Shown: in pieces, positions 18,278 to 27,418 of the stretch
Position numbering within the stretch: the first letter of the stretch is position 1
How the letters are laid out: each line of letters opens with the position of its first letter
DNA from: Dehalococcoidia bacterium
GTDB lineage: Bacteria; Chloroflexota; Dehalococcoidia; Lucifugimonadales; UBA3495
Reading direction: 5' to 3'
Assembly: GCA_963663945.1 (NCBI GenBank)
Contig: OY760687.1
Location: 266,765 to 330,764, forward strand
Length of the DNA: 64,000 nucleotides
The notes under the pieces: model-generated
Seen by the model: only the letters and a program-made list of their open reading frames with translations
Database searches by the model: none
What the model was told of the DNA's origin: nothing
Position numbers and translations under genes: made by a program

Positions 18278-19582
18278 CTAACCTCCAAGTACGGATGCCA
18301 TTCCGGTCACGTTTTCGATTTCAGAAATGCCGCGAAAACTGCTGACCGCTTCGTCGATGTGGTCGGCCGGCAGAATGTAGCGGGTGCAGTAGAGGAATTT
18401 TGCGTCGAGCTCCTCAGCGTCCAGGGGCATTGCCGGCGAGCCCCGGGGATGGTCGATGCGATGGCGCAGGGTGCGGCCGTCGGTGAGGGTAATCGCAACC
18501 TCGGCTGGATTGAGGGCCAGCGGCGAGGCGGGTAGAGTGGCCTCGACGGATGTGCGCTCCATCATGGCGCGGACACCCTCGTCGTGCACTGCCGGCTCGG
18601 AGAAGAAGTTGATCAGGGGCGCGCCGTGACACAGGGTGGCGGCCGCGATGAACCCGATGGACCGGCGCGCCTGCCACCCGTCGGCGGGCAGAACGTTGGG
18701 CAGTTGTTCGGTGGTGGCGGCAGTCACCCCGATGTGCATGGACGCGACATCGGATGGCTCAAATCGGTGCAGCTGAGCGAGGCCGAGAATAGCGTCGATC
18801 ACGCTGTGGCTCGCCGAATGGCAGGGATACAGCCGGATGGTTACTCCCGGGTCCTCGAGTCGCCAGTGGACGCCCAGGTCGGCGAAATCTGCCGTTCCCA
18901 CGGTGGCGCCGGAGGTCGCGCCGTTAATTCCGGCCTCGGCGCTCAGGGCGGCGATCATGCCCTGCATGGCGGCTCTGCCATCGGCCATGGCGGCCGCGCC
19001 GGCGGAACCGTAGCCGGCGCCCCCGCTGGCCGAATCAACCGCCAGCCCGATGGCGCTGGCCAGACCTTCAGCGTCCAGCCCGAGCAGCATGGACGACGCC
19101 ACCGCCGCACCCACCGCGCCGGCCGAGCCGTTCGTTGACCCGGCGGAGCTGAGTCGCGCAGCAACCTCGCATCCGACGGCAAACGCGGACAACACGTCCG
19201 GCCCGGAGTACCCGTGCATCTCACCCAAAGCCATCACTGGCGAAAACACGGTCGCAGTGACGTGCGCCCCCGTATCGACGGTATTGTCGTCGTAATCAAG
19301 CAGCCGCACCAGGGTGGCGTTCACCAGCGAGGCATACACCGGCGAGGTGCGCATGCCCATGCCGATGATCGTGCTGCGGCCGTTGCCGCCCATTTCGCGA
19401 ACGACGCGGGCCAATGCCACGCCATCCGGATGGGCCGCGCCGGCCAGAGCAGCGCCGGCGGCGTTGAGCATCATCTCCCGGCACAATTGGGCCATGGACG
19501 GCGGCACGGCGATGTTGGACTGGGCGACGCCGGCGGCGAACTCGGCGATCAGCCGGAAGGGGTCAGGATTGTTGCGAATCAT
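18278..19582 (-). CDS. MmgE/PrpD family protein
   Basis: LDYDD, AFAVGCEV, YPCH...H, PRGSP..P. Confidence 0.85.
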   Translation of the reverse strand: MIRNNPDPFRLIAEFAAGVAQSNIAVPPSMAQLCREMMLNAAGAALAGAAHPDGVALARVVREMGGNGRSTIIGMGMRTSPVYASLVNATLVRLLDYDDNTVDTGAHVTATVFSPVMALGEMHGYSGPDVLSAFAVGCEVAARLSSAGSTNGSAGAVGAAVASSMLLGLDAEGLASAIGLAVDSASGGAGYGSAGAAAMADGRAAMQGMIAALSAEAGINGATSGATVGTADFADLGVHWRLEDPGVTIRLYPCHSASHSVIDAILGLAQLHRFEPSDVASMHIGVTAATTEQLPNVLPADGWQARRSIGFIAAATLCHGAPLINFFSEPAVHDEGVRAMMERTSVEATLPASPLALNPAEVAITLTDGRTLRHRIDHPRGSPAMPLDAEELDAKFLYCTRYILPADHIDEAVSSFRGISEIENVTGMASVLGG

Positions 19583-19656
19583 GGCAAGGCAAGGATACCG
19601 ACGGCCGGCCGATGGCGCAACGCAGGGACGGAAAGGTCGCGGTGTATAATGCCGGC

Positions 19657-19848
19657 GTGAACAGCCGGGAGGTCATGCGACGGTTGCGGGAAGATGGGTG
19701 GTATGTTCACCACATTACTGGATCACACCACCAGATGAAACACCCGTTGAAGCCGGGCACTACTTCGGTACCCCACCCGCGAAAAGACCTCAAGATTGGA
19801 ACGCTTCGCAGCATCGAGAGGCAATCCGGTACCAGACTTCGGCCCTGA
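19657..19848 (+). CDS. hicA: HicA toxin (probably leaderless)
   Basis: GW....TGSHHQMKHP...GTTSVPHPRKDL; GTG lies 6 nt after TATAAT (19645-19650). Confidence 0.9.
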   Translation: MNSREVMRRLREDGWYVHHITGSHHQMKHPLKPGTTSVPHPRKDLKIGTLRSIERQSGTRLRP

Positions 19849-19859
19849 GGAAACTCAAT

Positions 19860-20240
19860 ATGGAAAGAACCTACATCGCGTTGGTCGAAAAGGACCCGGA
19901 CAGCGACTATGGCGTCTGGTTCACGGATTTGCCCGGCTGCATAACCGCTGGAAGTACGTTGGAAGAAGCCTGTGAATTGGCGCGGGAAGTGCTCATGCTG
20001 CACCTGGAAGGCATGGCAGCGGACGACGAGGAAATCCCGGTACCCAGTTGCGCCAACGACGTGCTGGCACATCCCGACGCCGCTGATGCCATCGCCCTGA
20101 TTGTTGTAGAGGCATTGCCGCAGCGCACGGAAGCGGAAGCTCAGGCCGAGTTTGATGCGTTCATGGCGTCGGAGTATGGACAAGAATTTATGCGCGAGAC
20201 GGCGCCGTTGCACACTGCGGAAAGCTCTAACACACGATGA
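19860..20240 (+). CDS. hicB: HicB antitoxin
   Basis: YGVWFTDLPGCITAGSTLEEA...L.LHLEGM...EIPVPS. Confidence 0.9.
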   Translation: MERTYIALVEKDPDSDYGVWFTDLPGCITAGSTLEEACELAREVLMLHLEGMAADDEEIPVPSCANDVLAHPDAADAIALIVVEALPQRTEAEAQAEFDAFMASEYGQEFMRETAPLHTAESSNTR

Positions 20241-20372
20241 CAACTCAGAGCACAAATCTGAAACTTCCGGCATCGGGTTTAGAGTTGATTTTCCGGTCCT
20301 TTCCGTTTGTGCTCTGTTCGTGATCGCGATAGTAGAGACGCAGGCGTTTTTCAGGCACAGGAGAACGGGATT

Positions 20373-21623
20373 ATGTCGGTACACGGAAGCAGTTCCAACT
20401 CGGTGGAAGAGCGGCAGTACGACGTGGCCATCGTCGGCGGCGGCATCATCGGGCTGTCCACGGCCATGCAGTTGCTGGAACGTTCGCCGAGCCTGAACGT
20501 GGCGGTGATCGAGAAAGAGGAGCAGTTGGCCCAGCACCAGACGGGTCACAACAGCGGCGTCATCCACTCCGGCATTTACTACCGGCCTGGGTCGTGGAAG
20601 TCGCGGTTCTGCGTGGGCGGAAAGGATCGGCTGATCCGGTTCTGCGACGAGAACGAGATCGAGTACGATCCCTGCGGCAAAGTCATCGTGGCGACCCACG
20701 AGAGCGAGCTAGGACGCCTGGATGACCTGTACGAGCGTGGTGTTGCCAACGGCGTGCCCGACCTGGAAATGGTCGGACCCGAACGGCTCAAAGAGATCGA
20801 GCCCCACACCATAGGCGTGCAGGCGCTGTGGGCTCCGCACACCGGCATCGTTGACTACGTGCGGGTGGCCAACGCCTACGGGGGCAAGTTCCAGTCCGCG
20901 GGAGGCGATATCTTCACCGGAGCCGCGGTGATAAGGTCGCGGCAGACCGGCTCGGGCACCGCCCTGGAGACGGAGCGCGGCGCCGTGCAGGCGCGGCACG
21001 TGATCAACTGTGGCGGCCTGTACGCGGACAAGCTGGCCCGGATGATGGGCGAGGAAACCGATGTGCGTATCATCCCGTTCCGAGGTGAGTACTACAAGCT
21101 GACCCAGGCCAGCGAAGACCTGGTGAAGGGCCTGATCTATCCGGTGCCCGACCCGCGGTTCCCGTTCCTGGGCGTGCATTACACGCGCAATATCCACGGC
21201 TACGTGGAGGCCGGCCCCAACGCGGTGCTGGCATGGGCGCGGGAGGGCTACCGCAAGAGCAACGTCAGCGTTGGAGAGACGGCCGGCTCGCTGACTTTCC
21301 CCGGGTTCTGGAAGATGACCGCGCGGCACTGGAAGACGGGCATGAAGGAAATGCACCGGTCCTACAGCAAGTCCGTGTTCGTCAACGATCTCAAGAAGCT
21401 GATTCCTGAAATCCGCGCCGAGCACCTGGAACCGGGTGGCAGCGGGGTGCGCGCGCAGGCCGTGTCCACGTCGGGCGCCATCCTGGACGACTTCCACATC
21501 CTGCGGGGGCAGCGGGCGCTGCACGTGCTGAACGCGCCGTCGCCGGGAGCGACGTCATCACTGGCCATCGGCGAGTACCTGACGAACATGGCGGTCGAGG
21601 ACTTCGCGCTGCCGGTTCGCTGA
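20373..21623 (+). CDS. lhgO: L-2-hydroxyglutarate oxidase
   Basis: GGGIIG, HQTGHNSGVIHSGIYY, PFRGEYY, YPVPDPRFPFLGVH, NAPSPGATSSL. Confidence 0.92.
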   Translation: MSVHGSSSNSVEERQYDVAIVGGGIIGLSTAMQLLERSPSLNVAVIEKEEQLAQHQTGHNSGVIHSGIYYRPGSWKSRFCVGGKDRLIRFCDENEIEYDPCGKVIVATHESELGRLDDLYERGVANGVPDLEMVGPERLKEIEPHTIGVQALWAPHTGIVDYVRVANAYGGKFQSAGGDIFTGAAVIRSRQTGSGTALETERGAVQARHVINCGGLYADKLARMMGEETDVRIIPFRGEYYKLTQASEDLVKGLIYPVPDPRFPFLGVHYTRNIHGYVEAGPNAVLAWAREGYRKSNVSVGETAGSLTFPGFWKMTARHWKTGMKEMHRSYSKSVFVNDLKKLIPEIRAEHLEPGGSGVRAQAVSTSGAILDDFHILRGQRALHVLNAPSPGATSSLAIGEYLTNMAVEDFALPVR

Positions 21624-21737
21624 ACAACCCGGGGCCTGGTTGCTGCCGTGAGACCCGGGTCTCGGGCCCGAGTCAACTGTTGGGGGTCCCGCGCGCCTGT
21701 CTCCAAAGCGGCCAGCCTGTTGTGCCCAACGGGTTTC

Positions 21738-21746
21738 TGCTATACT
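21738..21746 (+). promoter_or_regulatory. Extended -10 promoter element upstream of purA
   Basis: TGcTATACT. Confidence 0.55.
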
Positions 21747-21859
21747 TGGGCCCTACCCGACGAACGCCGTCGGAAACAAAGAACCGTGCCGCCGCTGGCA
21801 GCAGCCTGCGGGGGCGATTTTTCGGTTTAGCTTCTAAAATTATCCGGGAGTACAGAACA

Positions 21860-23146
21860 ATGCCGGCTTATGCCGTAATCGGGGGACAATGGGGCGACGA
21901 GGGCAAAGGTAAAGTTATTGACTACCTTGCCGGTCAATCCGATTGCGTGGTGCGCTACGCCGGCGGCAACAACGCCGGGCACACGGTGGTGAACGAGCGC
22001 GGAGTATTCCAGCTGCACCTGGTCCCCTCTGGCATCTGCTGGCCCGGCGTTACGGGCATCATCGGCAATGGTGTGGTCGTGAATCCCGAGGTTCTGCTGG
22101 GCGAAATTGCGGGGTTGCAAGCGCAGGGAATCAACACGGACCGACTGTTTGTCAGCGATCGTGCCCACGTGATCATGCCCTACCACATACTGCTCGACGA
22201 GCTGCAGGAGAAGGCCCGTGGCCGCGGGGCCATCGGCACCACCGGACAGGGCATCGGGCCGGCCTACGTTGACAAAGCCTCCCGAGACGGCATTCGCGTG
22301 GGGGACTTGCTCGACACCAAGCACCTGCCGGATCGAGTCAACGCCGCCGTCGCGATGAAAAACCGTGTCATAACCGGTGTTTTCGACGGTGAACCCGTGG
22401 ACGCGGCAGAGGTGCTGTCCAAGTGCCTGGAGTGGGGTGAAAGGCTCCGGTCCCAGGTGTGCGCCACTGAGCAGATGGTGCAGGACCTGCTGGATCGGGG
22501 CAAGCGGGTGCTCCTGGAAGGGGCGCAGGGGACCCTGCTGGACGTTGACCATGGTTCTTACCCCTACGTCACGTCTTCCTCGCCGTCCATTGGCGGCGCG
22601 ATCACCGGACTGGGCATCAACCCGCAGTCGATAGCGGGCGTGGTCGGTGTATTCAAGGCCTACTCGACCCGGGTGGGCGGCGGGCCAATGCCCACCGAGA
22701 TGCACGGCCAGGCTGGCGATGACCTGCGCGAGAAAGCCCACGAGTACGGCACCACCACCGGTCGGCCGCGTCGGGTGGGTTGGTTCGACTCCGTCGCCGC
22801 TCGGTACAGCCGTCAAATCAACGGTTTCACGGGCATAGTGCTCACCCGCCTGGACATACTGGATGGCATGCCGGACGTCAAAATTTGCGTGGGATACCGC
22901 GCCGACGGTGAGGATCTGGACCGCTTCCCGGCGAATACCGCTCTGCTGGAGCGGTGCGAACCCGTTTACGAAAAGATGCCGGGGTGGATGGAACCCACGG
23001 CCAGCGCAACCCGCGCCGAGCAATTGCCAGCCAACGCTCTGGCATATGTGAAGCGTATCGAGTCGCTCGTTGGCTGCGATGCCCAGATCATTTCTACTGG
23101 ACCCAGTCGCGAAGAAACCATAGCGATTGAACAAATTATACGGTAG
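21860..23146 (+). CDS. purA: Adenylosuccinate synthetase
   Basis: GGQWGDEGKGK, GGNNAGHT, EGAQG, EYGTTTGRPRRVGWFD. Confidence 0.97.
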   Translation: MPAYAVIGGQWGDEGKGKVIDYLAGQSDCVVRYAGGNNAGHTVVNERGVFQLHLVPSGICWPGVTGIIGNGVVVNPEVLLGEIAGLQAQGINTDRLFVSDRAHVIMPYHILLDELQEKARGRGAIGTTGQGIGPAYVDKASRDGIRVGDLLDTKHLPDRVNAAVAMKNRVITGVFDGEPVDAAEVLSKCLEWGERLRSQVCATEQMVQDLLDRGKRVLLEGAQGTLLDVDHGSYPYVTSSSPSIGGAITGLGINPQSIAGVVGVFKAYSTRVGGGPMPTEMHGQAGDDLREKAHEYGTTTGRPRRVGWFDSVAARYSRQINGFTGIVLTRLDILDGMPDVKICVGYRADGEDLDRFPANTALLERCEPVYEKMPGWMEPTASATRAEQLPANALAYVKRIESLVGCDAQIISTGPSREETIAIEQIIR

Positions 23147-23232
23147 CACATTTAACGTTTTCGTAATAACATTGTTGCTGCAGCGTCGCCTACCTGATGG
23201 AGGTGAAATAACTAGCTGCAGAGGAGAGTGTT

Positions 23233-23727
23233 ATGGCCACAAATAACGCAACCCCGGCGGATACGTCCATCTTTGGCCGTATTTTCGTGCGGTTTACCGA
23301 CGAGTTTTACTTACTGTTCAGGCTCCTGTTTGCCTTGCTGGTATTTCTGCATGGCATCCAGAAAGCGTTCCTGTTGTGGAACTTTCCCGCTGGCGCCAAC
23401 CCCAATGGGCTGGGTGCGCTGGTTGACCTGGCCGGATGGGTGGAAATTATCTCGGCCATCCTGATAGCAACTGGCGTCCTTACCCGCTTGGGAGCGGGAG
23501 CCTTGGCAGTGACCATGATTGTCGCCTACTTCGGAGTACACGCCGCCCTCAGCCCGGTCTGGCCCTGGCCGCACCTGTACCCGAACCCACCGGATGGCGG
23601 CAACGCCTTTGTCGCCCACGGCGGCGAAGTTACTATCCTCTGGTTCATCTGCGCTGGTATCATCGGCATCTTGGGTAGCCGGAAGTACGGGCTGGAACGC
23701 CTGATCCTCAAGAAAGAAATTCTCTAA
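23233..23727 (+). CDS. DoxX family membrane protein
   Basis: FLHGIQK, AGWVEI, GVLTRLGA, AYFGVH, GGE. Confidence 0.85.
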   Translation: MATNNATPADTSIFGRIFVRFTDEFYLLFRLLFALLVFLHGIQKAFLLWNFPAGANPNGLGALVDLAGWVEIISAILIATGVLTRLGAGALAVTMIVAYFGVHAALSPVWPWPHLYPNPPDGGNAFVAHGGEVTILWFICAGIIGILGSRKYGLERLILKKEIL

Positions 23728-23799
23728 CCAGAACGCAACTCAAAAACAAACTCACACTGACCGCCCGGCGTCCCTCGCGACGCCGGGCAAAGAGTAGCC

Positions 23800-24033
23800 A
23801 TGATGCAACAACAAGCAGCGCGCTTCGGTATCTACTTCAACCCCTCTCAGAACCAGGTGGTGCGGATCAACTCGCCCTACTGGTTCCCGCCGGAACCGGA
23901 TTGGCAGAAAGTGTCCGGCGAGGTGAACGCCACCCTGCTGGACCTGCGGCGAATCATCGGAGAGCAGGGTCTGTCCTCAGATCCGGACGGAGTGACCTGG
24001 ACCACCCTGCCGTTGTTGGACGAAGACAACTAG
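23800..24033 (+). CDS. Small hypothetical protein (77 aa)
   Basis: Fills the gap between co-oriented genes; protein-like sequence. Confidence 0.65.
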   Translation: MMQQQAARFGIYFNPSQNQVVRINSPYWFPPEPDWQKVSGEVNATLLDLRRIIGEQGLSSDPDGVTWTTLPLLDEDN

Positions 24034-24039
24034 CCGGCC

Positions 24040-24564
24040 ATGGCCTCGGAGCAGCCGGGAGCCGAACCGGAACCGGCGCCCGAGACGGAAATCTGGGACC
24101 GCCCGCCCGGATGGCGCGGGCGGATGATGGCTGTCAACCCCGAGCAGGCCCGCCGGTGGATGCGATGGGCCTGGGTGTGCGGCCTGGTGTGGTGGGTGTG
24201 GACGACAGGAGTGCTGTTCGTGTGGATGGCTGCTCCGGTACTGGCGGTGTCCGAAGTCGAGGGCAGCGCGCCGGCGATACCCCCGGCAAAGCTGATGATC
24301 TATTACGGCGCCGAAGCGTTCGTGATTGCGCTGCTGGCGCTGGGAGTGATGCAGCGCTGGAGACCGGCTGCGATCCTGTTGACGATCGGATTCGTCGTGT
24401 CCCGCATCGTGCTCATCATGATGGGACTGATAACCCTGGACGGTTTCCGCGATGCGATCTGGCTGGCGATTTACGGGGGTCTGCTGTTCGCCTTCGTCAG
24501 GGGTGTGCAGGGCGCGTACAGTTATCACTGGTTCACCCGCCCGCCGGAACCTGGTGGACGATAG
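24040..24564 (+). CDS. Hypothetical membrane protein (~4 TM)
   Basis: Hydrophobic segments; 6 nt after previous stop. Confidence 0.7.
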   Translation: MASEQPGAEPEPAPETEIWDRPPGWRGRMMAVNPEQARRWMRWAWVCGLVWWVWTTGVLFVWMAAPVLAVSEVEGSAPAIPPAKLMIYYGAEAFVIALLALGVMQRWRPAAILLTIGFVVSRIVLIMMGLITLDGFRDAIWLAIYGGLLFAFVRGVQGAYSYHWFTRPPEPGGR

Positions 24565-24577
24565 ACGGTAGCGACGA

Positions 24578-24618
24578 CAAACGATGAGGGCGGGTGATCA
24601 ACCCGCCCTCATCGTTTG
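24578..24618. terminator. Perfect 18-bp hairpin between convergent genes
   Basis: CAAACGATGAGGGCGGGT-gatca-ACCCGCCCTCATCGTTTG. Confidence 0.75.
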
Positions 24619-24639
24619 CGACCATTCCCTGCGGGTATG

Positions 24640-25794
24640 TCAGCTGCCGTTGAAGGACGGCATCACGTCCTGGGCAAACCGGGAGAGCTGGTCCTTGAAA
24701 ACCTCGCGGGGCATGCCCATGACCGAACCGAGGTTGACCCGCTCCACGCCGGGATAGCGCTCTTCGTCTTCCTTGAGCGCGTTGGCGATGTCGTCCGCCG
24801 AGCCGCAGAGCCACGCGCCGCTTTCCACCGCCTCTTCCAGCGTGGGGAGTTGCACGCCGCGGCGCAGACGGGGATTCGCCACGGCTTCGATCTGGTCCTG
24901 TTCCAGGCGCATCAGACCCAGCGGGGCGGCGAATTTCATCGCTTCCTCGAAGTAGGGTTTGGCCTCCTTGATGGCCTGTTCCCGGTTGGCGCCGATGAAG
25001 AAGCGGTAGCCCAACGCGATGTCCTCGCCCAAGGCCAGCTCGCGGCCGTATTTGGCGGCGGCCTCCTGGTACATGGTCAGCCGCTCGTGCCGCGCCGGTT
25101 CCGGCGTGTTGGCGACCATCGCCTTGATGCCGATGCGGGCCATGAAATCGACGCCCTTGGGGTTGCCGGACACCAGGGGCTGCCAGATGTCCACCGGCTG
25201 GCGCAGGGGTCGCGGGACGAGGCTCAGCTTCTCCAGGGTGTAGCCGCGATAGGGCACCTTGGCCGGTATCTGGTAGTGCTTGCCCTCGTGGGAGAATGCC
25301 TCTTCGTTGAACGCCTTGACCATGACCTCGATCTGCTCTTCGAACAGTTCGCGGTTGGCGTCGCCGTCGAACATCGGCGAGCCGAAGGTCTCAACCTCGC
25401 GGGAGTGGTAGCCGCGGCCCACGCCGAAGACGATGCGCCCGCCGGACAGGATGTCGGCCATGGCGAAGTCTTCCGCCAGGCGCAGCGGGTGCCACATGGG
25501 CGTGATGTTGAAGCCGCAGCCGTACTTGAGGCGCTTGGTGTTGCAGGCCAGGTACAGTCCCAGCATGATCAGGTTGGGGATGCACTCGTACCCTTCGGGC
25601 TGGAAGTGGTGCTCGGCCATCCAGAACTCGTCATAGCCGTTGTCCTCCAGGTGCCTGGAAATGTCCAGGGCCCAGTCGAACACCTCGGCCAACTGCTCGT
25701 TGGAGTACCAGCGGTCGTTGGCGGGAGTCCCTTCCAGCCCCAGGTCGTTGTCCACCACGTGGCCGGCGTAGGATGCGCTAAAGCTTTTGAACAT
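24640..25794 (-). CDS. LLM-class flavin-dependent oxidoreductase
   Basis: FWMAEHHFQ, WHPLRLAEDFAMADILSGGRIVFGVGRGY. Confidence 0.92.
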   Translation of the reverse strand: MFKSFSASYAGHVVDNDLGLEGTPANDRWYSNEQLAEVFDWALDISRHLEDNGYDEFWMAEHHFQPEGYECIPNLIMLGLYLACNTKRLKYGCGFNITPMWHPLRLAEDFAMADILSGGRIVFGVGRGYHSREVETFGSPMFDGDANRELFEEQIEVMVKAFNEEAFSHEGKHYQIPAKVPYRGYTLEKLSLVPRPLRQPVDIWQPLVSGNPKGVDFMARIGIKAMVANTPEPARHERLTMYQEAAAKYGRELALGEDIALGYRFFIGANREQAIKEAKPYFEEAMKFAAPLGLMRLEQDQIEAVANPRLRRGVQLPTLEEAVESGAWLCGSADDIANALKEDEERYPGVERVNLGSVMGMPREVFKDQLSRFAQDVMPSFNGS

Positions 25795-25957
25795 GATTCG
25801 GTTCCCTCGTTACGGTTTGCTCAACGGGATTCGTCAACTATCAATTGTACTGCATTTCGTTGCACCGCAGAGGCGGCGGCCCATGATGCCAGGGCTGGTG
25901 GAAAGCCCGTCCCGGCGGCAACTGTCAGAATCAGCAACTGTCTGGAAGGTCAAGGGG

Positions 25958-26958
25958 TTAGGGGGCAGCGGCAACAGGATTTTGCCAGGGGGCGTTGGAT
26001 TTGATGATGGCGTTGCAGAGGGTGAGCAGTTTGCGGATACAGGCGGTGAGGGCCACCTTCTGGGCCTTGCCGGCGGCCAGCAGACGCTCATAGCAGGCTC
26101 GGATGGCTGGGTTGCATCGGGTGGCCGCCAGGGTTGCCATGTACAAGTCGGCCCGCAACTTGCGCCGGCCGCCCCACACCGAGCGTTTGCCGCGCCATTG
26201 CCCGCTGTCCCGGTTGTAGGGAGCAACGTTGTAGGGAGCAACGCCAGCCAGGGCGGCGATCGCCTTGGGGCTGGCGTGTCCCAGCTCGGGCAGCTGGGCG
26301 ATCAGTGTGGAGACCAGGACCGGCCCCACGCCGGGGATGGAGCGCAGCAGTTTGGCTCGGGCTTGCCAGGGGGCGTGGTCTTGCAGCAGTGCGGCGATGT
26401 CCTGGTCCAGTTGGGCCACCTGCCTTCCCAGCAGCGCCAGGTCCAACAGCGCCAAGTGGTCGTCGATCTGGGCGACCACCAGTTCCGACGGCACCTGCCG
26501 CCGCCGGTTGCGCTCCTGGGTCTGCATGGCGACCAACTGACGGCGCCGAAACACCAGAGCGCGCAACTCCCGCTGGGTCGCGTCGGGCAGGGGGCGCACC
26601 GGCGGACGCAGCGCGGCCCCGAACTGGGCCAGTGCCTGGGCGTCCAGTCGGTCCGTCTTGGCCAGCCGTCGTAGCCCGGGCGAACTCCCGCACCTGGCGG
26701 GGATTGACCACCACTGCGGGCAGTCCGGCGGCGGCCAACTCCGCCACCAGCCGGGTTTCCAATCCCCCAGTGGCCTCTACGATCGGTGGCCTCCACGATG
26801 ACCCGCTGCGGCTCCAGCGGGATCAGCTCCGCCACCAACTCGCGCAGGCTGGCGTCGGTGTACTCCACACTCCAGGACCGGTCTGCCGGAAACGCTCAAC
26901 AATCCAGGCAGGCTTTGGACACGTCAATGCCGATGATGGTCATTGTTGAGGTGGTCAT
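25958..26958 (-). pseudogene. IS110 DEDD recombinase/transposase, frameshifted as assembled
   Basis: IGIDVSK, IVEATGG, VVNPRQVREFA, KTDRLDA, SIPGVG, DSGQWRG, KVALTACIRKLL spread over different frames. Confidence 0.88.
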
Positions 26959-27019
26959 TGTCCCAGTGGTCGTGATGTTTTACACTCCCCGTACCTTTGG
27001 TTCGGCATGGCCGGCCATT

Positions 27020-27170
27020 CCCGGACTACCTTGCCTTGCAATACGGGGTCTGGTCAGTCAGCCCCTCACAACTGTTCGGGTTAGCCAAGGGTGAACGACG
27101 CGGCGACCTTGCTGATTCACGGCTTCGCACAGCGAGCCCCAGAATTAACGGTCTGCCGCGTCGTTGGCTC
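27020..27170 (-). ncRNA. Putative bridge RNA in the IS left end
   Basis: Target loop closed by AACGACGCGGC/GCCGCGTCGTT with guides GTTAATTCT and GAATCAG; donor loop with guides ACAGTTGTG and TGCAAGG matching the element's own ends; RNA ends approximate. Confidence 0.8.
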
Positions 27171-27184
27171 CTTCAAGATACAAG

Positions 27185-27291
27185 GCTTTACGGGATTTTA
27201 TGATTGGACAGGATTGGAATATCTGCATGCCAGAACGGGTCCAATCCTGATAATCCCTAAATCTTGAAAATCCTGATTCTGACGATTTACG
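27185..27291 (-). repeat. Palindromic CAGGAT/ATCCTG repeat, copy A (interrupted by the IS; remainder at 25924-25932)
   Basis: Minus strand CGTAAATCGTCAGAATCAGGATTTTCAAGATTTAGGGATT...CCAATCCTGTCCAATCATAAAATCC closely matches copy B. Confidence 0.85.
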
Positions 27292-27418
27292 GGAGTGGGT
27301 ACGCATGAGCTATCCGTGCGCGGCGCTTCTGGCGTAACCCCGACCGCGTGGGTATGATGGCGGCACGCGGGACCGGCAGCGTCCGGCAGGCGCAGCAATC
27401 GGCTTTGGCGGGGGGCGG

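Larger units (their letters stand above)
25933..27184 (-). mobile_element. IS110 family (IS621-like) insertion sequence with duplicated CT core
   Basis: Minus-strand left junction GTAAAGC|CT|TGTAT (CT 27184-27183); right junction ACAGTTG|CT|GATTC (CT 25934-25933); flanks rejoin into a copy of the 28861-28978 repeat. Confidence 0.9.

Noticed and set aside
27292-27418. Cobalamin riboswitch upstream of bluB (or pduO)
   Set aside because: No recognisable B12-box or conserved core motifs in either leader.
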